A stretch of 64,000 bases of DNA from Blastocystis sp. Blastoise (taxonomy: Eukaryota > Protista > Bigyra: Opalinata): NCBI GenBank assembly GCA_039096225.1, contig JBBPEB010000013.1, positions 1,674,001 to 1,738,000 on the forward strand, read 5' to 3'. This document shows, in pieces, positions 1-11,496 of the stretch. Below the pieces are notes generated by a model. That model had not been told where the DNA came from. It made no database searches and saw only the letters and a program-made list of their open reading frames with translations. How positions within the stretch are numbered: the stretch's first letter is position 1; each line of letters begins with the position of its first letter. The position numbers and the translations under genes are program-made.

Positions 1-365
1 TTTGTAGAAACCAAAAAAACTGTTGTTCAATTCCAGTAAAATAATATCTTTGTAAAAATGGGCAATTTGAAAAAATAGTCGCGATTATTCTCGGTTCAAA
101 ATTCTTTGTATATGTGTTCTTGAAGAGAAACCTGAATTAAAAAGTCAATAACCGTGGGAAAAAGGAGTTAATGATGTTTTCAGACGCTTTAAGTGATTCT
201 TTTAACAAATTTCAGAAGAAAAAAAATAACTATACCAAGAAAATTTATTTTAATTCAATTATTATTGAATTATCATTTATAGTAGTTGATACAAAGATAA
301 TTGTTGATATTAGTATGTTATACATGATATGTTAAATTAAATAAATAAAAGTACTAGATTAATTC

Positions 366-1136
366 ATGGATTCAGAAAGTAAACAACAAAAGCGTAGTCT
401 AGAACATCCAGAACCAGTCTCTAAACATACAAAGAATACTGCTGATTTCATTTTTAACGATAAAAGTAAAGTGAGCGTTGAATTATCTTTTTTGAAGAGA
501 TATCCAACGTCGTTATTATCGAAAGCACTTGAGAATTCTGCTAATTATTTACAAGATGAAGATGCTTACTATATAGATTCTTCAAGATTCTCTGTTGATT
601 CTTTGATTTTATTAATGGAAGGAAAAATTACACTTGATTCTTTACCCATGAATGAAATCTGTGAAATAAAAAAAGCTGCTAATTATTTCTTTGTAAATGA
701 TATACGTGATGTTAAGGCTAAAATAGAAGTTACTCTCCAATTATTTTTAAGTGCTTTTATGAAGCAGAACGGTTGTTCAATGTAACTATATATTTTATTA
801 TAATATAAAAATATCTTTATAGAGAAGATAAACAACGAAATGGTGAAAATAAGCAAACATTACTTATAAATGGTATATATGATAATAAATATATTTATAA
901 TATTTTTTTTAGGTATACTAACTAAGGAAAGAAATGTCAAGTTTCTGGAATATTCACGATTATTTGAAATAATGAACATTAAAAGAGTAGTAATAAAATG
1001 TATGTTTATTATTATTATTGAAATATAGAAATATTATTATAATATAGTTAATTTTTCAGAAGATATTCCTTATGAATATATATATCCATCAAATCTACAT
1101 GAACTATTTCCACAATTAGAAGAATATGAACTTAAA

Positions 1137-1206
<70 letters not shown>

Positions 1207-3771
1207 CCGGTAATAAAATTAATTAAGGAGATATGTATACGTCATTCTGATCCTCATTATATATTATTATATAAAGAATATAAACGACAATATTACAAAG
1301 AATGTTATCCTGAAGCTTATAATGCTTATATTTCTACTCATCCAGATATAGAATCATTCTCTTTATATTGTAATAAAATTCGATTACATTCACGAAGAAA
1401 CAATGCGAATAATCATCAAGAAGAAAATATTATTCATCATGAAATAATACCTATTAATATTGATGAAGAAATACAGAATGAAAAAATTACCAAGAAACTT
1501 AATTTATATACAGATTCAATTTATGAATATATTCCAATTAGTCATGAACAAAAATTAGTGAAAAAAAGCAATGAAACTATTATTTCTAAAGAAGAATTTA
1601 GTTCTTATACTTTTTCTTTTTGTGACGAAGATGGACGTATATAATATTTATAATATATTTTATTATATTTTTTAAATATAGATCTGAATACTTCGCATCC
1701 AACAATATCGTATTTATAAACTTATTTAAATTTTTTAGTGTTATATATATATATTTATAGATTTATTGTAATACCCTATAATATCTAAATTATTATTTAT
1801 ATTATATATATAGCCGTGGAAGATGTGAACCTCCTTGTATTCAAATCGATAATTATCTACTCAAATTACCTGTTTTTAAACAATTAAGAAATTGTCTGGA
1901 CTGTATATTATATTTATATATATATATATATATATATAGTTGGCAGCTATTATAAATTAGAAACAGTTTCCCCTTTTTTCAAATCACTAAGTGAAGGAAT
2001 ATTTGATAATATACAGACAATGGCACTAAATAATTGTATATCCATCGTTTAATTTTATTTAACAATATATATATATATAGTTATTAACTGTAGTATGTAT
2101 CCTGAGTATATACAATTATTTAAAGATATTATAACAACTCATGTATTTCCAAATATTAAAACTTTAAAGATACGTAGTATATATATGTATAATAGTTAAT
2201 AATATATATATATATACTATAGTATGTGATCAGCATGACCCTGAAATACAATTATACAAAGAAATACTTCCATTAATAACAAGAAATAATTTCCCTAAAT
2301 TATCTATATATACTATTAATTATAGTACAAATTTTAATCTTCTTGAAGATCATTTTGGAATCATTTCTTTATTAACGCCTACTTCTTTAATTGAATTAGT
2401 AGATATTATATATCTATCTAATGGATATAAAACTACTATTCAATTAAATGAGTCTTATGTTAATACTATGTGTCAAGTTAAACAATATCATAAATTTAAG
2501 ATTCAAGGTATATTGATTTATATATATATATATTAATTATTTATAAATAACATATTTATATAGTTGATTTTGATATTAATAATTACAATGAATTATGGAA
2601 AAAGTTATTTGATTCTGAAGTTATCAATTTTAATACATTAACTATTAACTGTATATGTTATGAAATATTCTTTATAAATATAATATATATTATATATAGT
2701 AAGTAAAATAGACCCGCTGATTCATGATTATTCATTTGATATAAGTCATTGCTCTATAAAGTGTCTTAATATAGGTATATATATATATATTCTTTTTGAA
2801 ATAGCTTTATTTCTTATTTATATAATTTTATTAAAATAATTTATTATATATATAGATATTAATAATGATTCAATAGATAAGATGAAAGATATTCAAAATC
2901 TTCTACAAACTATCAATACTACAAATTTGGAAGAAATCTATTTTCATTGTATGAATATATATATTAACACTGGTATTGTAATCTATATATTTATAATTTA
3001 TAGTTGAACATTATGATACTGATACTTTTACAGAATTCTTCAATGCATTATTACATATTCTACATAATAAATTTTATAATAATGTCACAAAAGTTGATAT
3101 TAGTATAATTATTAATTATTTACTTTTGTGTTTAAATGTTTATTATAACAATAGGTGTTAAATATAATTCAAACATAGGTTTCCTTAATGAGAATCAAAT
3201 GATTGAAATGAATAGAATTCTATTAGAATTCTTCTCTTTATTTACAGATAATATCCGATCTTTATATATACGTATATAAATACTTATATATGATTATTTA
3301 TATATAATAACAATTATTTGTACAGCGACATATCTATTAAATTATTTATGTTTAACAAATGAATGCATGAATTTACCTTTATGGGCTAATTTAAAAGAAA
3401 TGAAAATATATATGCGTATATATATTATTTATATTATATATATTATATATATTATAAACTATTTATATATAAATATAGGTGATGAAACTCATAATTATCC
3501 AGATGATGCTGAAAAATATCCATTTAAAATGTTTGATAATATATCTGAATTAATTAACAATAAAAAATTAATTCATCTTCAATCAGTTACTATGGTTTGT
3601 GATTATATATTTTATTGTATATATGTATAAATGATATTTTATTTTTAATAAATGTTCTTTATAGCACATGACCCAGAGACATATGAATATGCTTATCCCT
3701 TTATTCAAACAATTACGAATTGTTCTTTAGATTCTCTTCCTTGTTTAAAACAATTCCTTGTAGATGATGGT

Positions 3772-3806
<35 letters not shown>

Positions 3807-4337
3807 CTTATCTATTTATTATTATAATATAAAGCCCTCGACAAAATGAATCTTTTTAATGTATTTCCTTCTCTTTATTTTGATCATCATATGATATGTA
3901 ATACGATTAAAATGAACTATGAAATCATTTATTATTATGATGCTTTTCTTGACTATTCTGAATATATATATAAGGAACTACAAAAACCATATACAAAAGG
4001 AATCACTAATTTATATTTACGTATATATATTATTATTATTATTATTATCATTTAAATAATGTTTACTATATACTTATGTTTCTATATATATAGGCATAGT
4101 AGACAACCTTTTTTTGATGAAATTTGTGGATTTAATAATAAATGATTCATTTCCTTATTTGAACAAATTAACTATTAAAATTGAAAGTATATATATATAT
4201 ATTAATATAATGGTTAATATATTGTTTTAGGTGACACAGATAAGATAGATATAAATGATTATATGCCATTATTGAATAATTATAAAGAAGAAACCAATAA
4301 TAATTTAGATATATCTATTTATATACCTAGTAAGTAA
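366..4337 (+). CDS. BTB/POZ (KCTD/T1-like) + LRR-like repeat protein, subfamily A; 20 introns by manual splicing
   Basis: ATG at 366. Exon 1 has a BTB_2-like pattern (FIFNDKSKVSVELSFLKRYPTSLL...YYID). Manual splicing keeps one open frame to TAA at 4335-4337 (...DISIYIPSK*). Downstream exons end in LxxLxI-type strands (FPNIKTLKI, NLEEIYF, NLKEMKI, FPYLNKLTI). One donor (1138) reads GA rather than GT. Confidence 0.75.
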
Positions 4338-4849
4338 TTACAAATTATGTATATATCTTCTCTTCTTATTTATTGTGTTGTTATATATCAAGATAAATGT
4401 ATATACTCCATATTTTTTATTATATATATTTTTTATATTCATTTTCTTGTATACTCTATTTATTATTTAATTATACTTTTTAAATATTTTATCATCTAAA
4501 TAATCAAGTCATTTATAATGTGTGTTGTATAAATATATGGTTTTAATGTTTACGTGAAATTTCGTTTAAAAAGCATAATGATAAACAATTCTCAAATCCA
4601 AATATCTTCAAAGATATTTAAGTTACATAATAGAAAAATAGATATTTAATGATAGTATTACAAAATGAATTAGTGAATTTATATTAATTATAAATAAGAA
4701 ATATTTAAAAGACAGTTGAACACAATATACAAATTAAAATATATAGATAATAAACTAATTATATATATATCAAATTTGATGAGTCATTATAATGTCAACT
4801 TTTTATATATCATTATTATTTACAAGATATTATTTCCATATGTTTCATA

Positions 4850-5700
4850 TATAAATATTCTTTGATAATTATATCAATAATTCTCTTTTTCTCTCTCAAA
4901 CGAATATATTCGTATATATTTCTTTGTTAAAATTAATATATTATGTAATATTCAAATCAAAATGATAATAATATTTTTTAAGAAATAAATCTAGTGTTGA
5001 TTATCTCATATTATCAGGAAAATATATAATTAAAAAAATAGAGATATTAAATATAAAAATAATTTATGATAAATTATTCACATTAAATTAATGTTATTTT
5101 AAAAAATATAAATTATATAGTACTCTATATAATAATATAGAAGTTTATAGAGATGGAAAAGAAAGTAGAACAACTTCGTAATTCAACTATTCAAATAATT
5201 AATGATATAATGTATGAAATCTTCTCTTTATCCTCTAATATTATAAAAGAGTTTTATTTGAAAGATATATATATATATAGCTTATTATTAGTAAAAAAAA
5301 ATAAATTTCCCTTTATGGTTACATATACAAGAATTATCATTGTTAATAGGTATAGATAAAATTATCTTTTTTTTTAAATATATGATAGTGAGAATACAAC
5401 AAGTATATTAAATAGTATAACAAAATTCTTATTATTGATGATTTCCATATACTTAAAACACTATATATGCTTTATTACTATAAATTCTATGTTAGTATTA
5501 TATTATTAATATTATATTTATATATACATAATTTTTATTTATTGAGTCTTATCTATTAAATCATTATAGTCTAGTAAATCTGTTTCTTAACGCATTTCAT
5601 ATACTTTTTTTGTTATGGTTCAATTATCTATATATTTATTATTTTAATATTTCTTTTTAAATATATATATAATATATATAGATTAAACATTATATATTGA
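4850..5700 (+). pseudogene. Degenerate relic of a BTB-LRR subfamily A gene (3' repeat exons only); limits approximate
   Basis: The ORF at 5153-5359 contains IQIINDIMYEIFSLSSNIIKEFYLK, which resembles MIEMNRILLEFFSLFTDNIRSLYIR (gene at 366) and IQMLYHFFSLFSNNLTRIELT (locus at 11497). The frameshifted stretch near 5400-5465 (SILNSITK...DDFPYLKTL) resembles FIQTITNCSLDSLPCLKQF. No intact frame. Confidence 0.5.
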
Positions 5701-6677
5701 TATATTCAAGTATTTTCACTCATTTTCATTCTTTTTTATAAACCTATTACTATATATATATGAATATACATTTATATATAAAGAGAAGAAAAAGAAAACC
5801 TTTTATATAAATATATGCGTAATCAACTTGAACAAACTTATTATAAACATATTTTGAATCTATATTAAGGTATATAAATATTTACTTTTCATATATATAG
5901 ATAAAAATATGTACTTTATGTGCGTAAAAAAAATATTTTATTCAAAATATTCGTTTATATTATTTTCGATCTCTCTGATTAATTATCTATTATTTATCTA
6001 GATATTTGTTTAATAATGATATATATATAATGATGATTATTCAATGTATTCATAAAATTTATATTATATAAGAAAACCAAAATCTTCATTTAGAATATCA
6101 TAATATATATTCTTATGATTATGATGAGTACTAATTCTTTAATAATATATAAAATAAAAATATTTTTTCTAATTATTCTTCATATAATTATTATTAATAT
6201 ATATACCGTATAAACAATTTATCTTTTAATAAGAGTATTCTTGTCTAAATATTATACATATTTAATGTCTCATATTTTTTAGGAATAAATCATATTATAT
6301 ATACATATTTCATGTAATACATTCATATGTAACTTAATAAAAGGTTCATATGAAAAATATCAATAAAAATATATATAAAATATTTATTTTTTGATAAAGC
6401 AATTATTTAGTTTATGTATTTCAATTAAAGTATGGATGATATTCGCAATCCTATATATGTTGTATCAATCACATAAGAAAGGGGAGTTTCTGATCAATAT
6501 ATATTTATTATAATAATTTACATGAATATGTATTGATTACTATTATTTTATTACTTTAAAAAACAATAATTATTTTTTATATAATTAATAGAATATATAA
6601 TAAAAAGTACATGAAATTATATTGATAACAGAGTTTAAGAATAGAAATATATATATATATATATATAATTATTTTAT

Positions 6678-9600
6678 TTATTTGAATTCATAATCTACAT
6701 GATTTTCTTTTATAAATGACGAATCCTTTAATTGTTGTTTATATATATTAATTTGCTCAGTTGAAATATCACAACCTATGTAATACATTACTAAAATAAA
6801 TAACTACGTATATACAGTGAAAGGAAATATATTTCAATTTAGGAATTTTTCCAATAGAAATAAAATTGATAAGTTTTGATAATTGGTTTTCTTCATAAAT
6901 ATCTATGAAAAATGAAATTTCATATAAAAATATAATTAATAATTTACATATTTTTAAATATTTTAATTTTTGAGTTTTATTTTCATTTATACAATCAAAT
7001 AAAGTCTCTATATCAAATTGACTCATCGTTTCATCTACATAAAATTATATTTTTTTAATAAGATATATATACTATATACCTTTTGTACCAATAATTGTAT
7101 TCATAAATGCATTACTATCATATTTAAATCGAAAGATTGAATGATTAGGATCATAAACATAATCATTATCTGAATAGCGACAACCAGTATCTATAGAATA
7201 ACACTAATATAAATATGAGTAGAATCATTTTATTTATGACATACTATCTAATTGGACAATACTTGAGGATGGAAAGTTATTATTATTCATATATGTACAA
7301 AATGTCTTAAAAAAAGAAATCCACCATTTATTATCATTTTTATCTATATACAAAATATTTAATAGAAATAATTAATATATAAAATTATTATTAATATATA
7401 TACAAATCTTGATAGATTTTAGTTTAGGGAAATTATTTGTAGTATATAGTTTGCAAAAATTATCATCTGGTATATCTCTAATTCCTAAATTAATATTTAT
7501 AAATATTAGGATGAAATATATAATATACTGTGATTAAAATAGTATATATATTCTATATATACTTAGAATTAATGTAGTTGTATTATGGAAACAACCTTTA
7601 GGAATTAATCGATTTAGAAAAGTCATAGTACAATCTAATATAAAGATAAAATTAATAAAAAAGTTATCATTACATATAATAATAATAAATATAAATAATT
7701 ACATTCTATATTAACCCTAGAAGCCTTAGAAATTAGTTTAATCATAATATTTTCATATGCACTTAAATATTCAGATGATAAGTCTTCTTCAATATGTACT
7801 ATATATATATATACTAATATAATATAATATACAGTCGATTTTTAATTCACGAATAATTTTAAACTTATTATCATTAAAAAGAGTTGATATCCATGTTAAG
7901 TATTCTATACTTATAGCATCAGCAACTATAGATATTATAAATAGAATAATAATATATACAACCATAATAAATATACATGAAATAGTTAACTTATTTAAAT
8001 GTTCTACTATATTATTCTTTAAAAATCTTTCTAATAAATTTCTGTTATCAATTTCATCTGGATCATCATCTATAAATGAATAAATGAATAAATATTTTTA
8101 TTCTATATCAACAATATATATTTTATATAGATTAATAAATACTTATAAATGTTATATCTAAACTATCAATATTTTGCTTATATTTTTCAAAAGAATCTAA
8201 TTTCTTTATATTTTCAAAACGAGAAGAATAAACTGTATAGAATAGTATATATATAATATAAAATATTTAAATAATATTTTTAAGAATAAAGAATATTTCA
8301 TACTTGAAAGATTATCAAATGAAATAAGATTCTTTTCAAACAATTCACTTAAATGAGGAAAATAACAAATATAATTATCTATAGCAAAAATAAATAAATG
8401 AAACTAATTAAGCATAGTATTATAATCTAAAATGTATATATATATGTACTCCATCCACATTCATCATCAATTATATTAATATGAATTGAATGAGTATAAG
8501 CTATTTTATATAAAAGAAGAGATATTTTCTCTTTCTGATCATAATCAATATTGTTAATACGAATAGTATCAATCATAGATATTAAATCAGCAGGAAATAA
8601 AGACTTAAAATTACCAGTATCTAGAATAAGAATAGTTGTATATTATTAATATACAAATATACTTATTTCAATGTCATAATTAATAATATGTAATTTTGGG
8701 AAACATTCTTTCTTTATTAAAGACAATTTGAATAATTCTATATATATATGATGGTATATACATATATATGTACGGTCATTATTATTATTATTATCATCAT
8801 CATCATCATTATCATCATCGTCATTATCATTATCATTATTATCATCATCATCATCATCATCATCATTATCATCATCATTGTCATCATCATTATCATCATC
8901 ATTGTATAGGAGTTCAGTAACATTTGGAAATACATGAGTTGTCATTATTGTTTTAAATAGATTATCACCAATTTCACAAGCCAATTCTCTAACTATATAG
9001 AATTATAATAATAGAAACAATATTAATAATAACTTTATAAAATAATACTCCAGTTAACATCTAATGTAGTTAAAGAATCGAAAACACCTTCTTCTAATAA
9101 TTTCATACAAATCACAGAATTATTTTGAGAAACAAGATCTAAAATAAATTATTATATTTTAAATATATTTATTTACATTCATTTAAAATGATTTCTGAAA
9201 TAAATAAATGCGAAGTAAGAAGTAATAATTGAGATATACCAATTTTAGAAGATACATTATTAATACTATTAAATATATATATATATAAATTCATGACAAT
9301 TCATTAAAAAAATAGAATTATATACCAAAATGTTTTATTTTTTGTTTTTTCTATATAATAATAATAAAATAAATGAATTTATTGTATATATTTACCATTA
9401 TATTGAATACTGACTTCATCATTTAATGTATACTTATCTTCTGTTTTACTTATTTCAACATTTGAATAATCATTTGTATATATAGCTTCATTAACTATAT
9501 TTTTATATAATTTACGTAACTGGTTGCTTGGTCTAATGCTATTATAGGACTCAATCAATTTATAAGAATAATAAAGTTTATTTAGATCTAAAGAAGAAAT

Positions 9601-10021
9601 CTTATTATATTCATTCATTTCGGATTCAGTATAGGACTCATATTTTTTACGTTTATATTCTCTACATACATCATTATATACTAAGAGAGTATATTCCATC
9701 ATATATTCATCACTATTTGGATTTAATAATAGTGCAGTCTCCTTATAATGCGTATTCACTATATAATAGATTTATTAGTATCAATTCTATATATATATAT
9801 ATACCATTTATTGTTATTTCTTTTAAAGATGGGAATATATCTTTAATACACAATGGACATATATATTCTAATGGAATATTCGAAGAATAATCATCTATAT
9901 ATATATCATTATTATTCATTATATAAAATTGATTTACATGTAATATTAATATTAGTAATATTCATCATTTTAAAAAGAAGAGAATAATATAACAATTCGT
10001 CTTTACGTTTAGGTGTAAATA

Positions 10022-10089
<68 letters not shown>

Positions 10090-10586
10090 ATTAATAATTA
10101 TTTTTTTCTCTTCTAAATTGAATAACTCCATAGGTATAGTTGAATCGATATAGTTATCATAAGATCCATTTATATTATAATTATTGTCTTTCAAATATTC
10201 ATAGAATAATTCTTTAACATGAAATAATAAATCACTTTGAATTTCATTATGAATGGTAACTGAATATTCATAAAGTGTTTTATATATATCATAACTATCT
10301 TTCAAATCTAATGAAAAAATATCCATGTTTTTATCCACTAAAAAAACAATCACTTTATTCATAGGAGAAGAAGGCATATCTATGTAATAACTACCATCTT
10401 CATATTTCTCAGAGTGTATGATGATATCATAAAACAGTAATTGCTGATATTTCTCAATAAATTCTTTAGGAATCCATAATTTTGTCTCATCTTGGAATGT
10501 AAATAAATCTAGAAAAGCAAATAAATATTTCTCAATAATATTTAAATACATTTATCTTCCGTTAATTGAAAATCACTTGTTGGCAT
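6678..10586 (-). CDS. BTB/POZ + LRR-like repeat protein, subfamily B, copy 1
   Basis: ATG at 10586 (MPTSDFQLTEDK), a 41-nt intron at 10509-10549, then YLFTFQDETKLWIPKEFIEKY...YYIDMP (BTB-like). It shares TTHVFPNV and FPKL motifs with subfamily A and ends ...KENHVDYEFK* (TAA 6678-6680). Collinear with 26997-30719. Confidence 0.75.
8778..8903 (-). repeat. (GAT/AAT)n coding microsatellite giving a ~40-aa Asp/Asn run
   Basis: ATC/ATT repeats on the + strand translate on the - strand as NDDDNDDDNDDD...NNNNND inside an exon. Confidence 0.9.
10025..10088 (-). repeat. Intron consisting solely of GT(AT)30AG
   Basis: Removing it joins IIN to ELFTPKRKDELLYYS, which matches the paralogue's GLFTPKRRDELLYYS. 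Confidence 0.8.
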
Positions 10587-11496
10587 CACTTGAATTCAAC
10601 TATAATGACAATGTAATCCGATATTAATATTCTTTAAAATATACTTTATTATATATATAATAAATAAATACTTTAGAAAATGTTATACTCTATTATAAAC
10701 AGAATAAATCATTTATAAAGAACAAACAAAACTTGCAAATTATTTAGAAGAATCTTCATGAAAATAAATAAAAAATAATAAGAGAATTGCTAAAAGACCG
10801 CGAATATGTTTTGTAAGTTTTATTTTGTTGTATATGTCTCTTTAAGCAATTTATGAGCATTTAAAATGTTCTTTTATATCAATTCATGCAGTATAGATTA
10901 GTATAAAGATAAAGAAATACTAATATTCATGGATTTTTGTTTTTTTCATTTGATTTTCTTATTATTATACTTTTTCAAACCTTGATTTTATGCTCTACGA
11001 ATTCAAAAATAATAGATAGATATGTTGAAGTGACTCAAATTTTGTTTCTATAATGTGAATGAAGTCATTTTGAGATTAGCTTACGAATTATTCAATAATT
11101 TTAATTAATATGATTTATATATATGAATATCCAGTTTATTTCATAATTAAGAATCAAAATATACCTTAGTTTAACCACGTAAAAACGTATTTTGTAAAAT
11201 ATTTGATATTAATATATAATAAAAATACTTTTTTGAGTATAATAACAATCCTAATATATAAATATTCATTAAAATGAATCACAGATACAATATTGACTGA
11301 TATAAATAGATAAAATAATCAAACATGGATTTTAAAATTTGTGAATTCATTTGAGGAATTCAGTTTATAACTGAAATTGTTTTAATAGTTTTATCATTTT
11401 ATTATTGTCTATTTTTCATTCATATTCAATATTTAACACGTATTTTTTATTTTAAATACAAATATCAGATATCTCTGTTATTAAAATAATTAAATA

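Noticed and set aside
1903-4230. Introner-type (transposon-derived) origin of the introns
   Set aside because: Apart from TA-rich ends, the introns share no common internal sequence, and most positions are conserved between paralogues.
8738-8935. Poly-Met ORF and the many YIYIYI or hydrophobic short ORFs (e.g. 25294-25635, 32011-32238, 60300-60554, 61914-62108)
   Set aside because: They are off-frame, antisense, intronic or UTR translations of microsatellites and AT-rich DNA.
10721-10728. TGTTTGTT (minus strand), the Blastocystis motif tied to stop codons completed by polyadenylation
   Set aside because: It lies upstream of a gene start, and every complete gene in the window has a genome-encoded stop codon.
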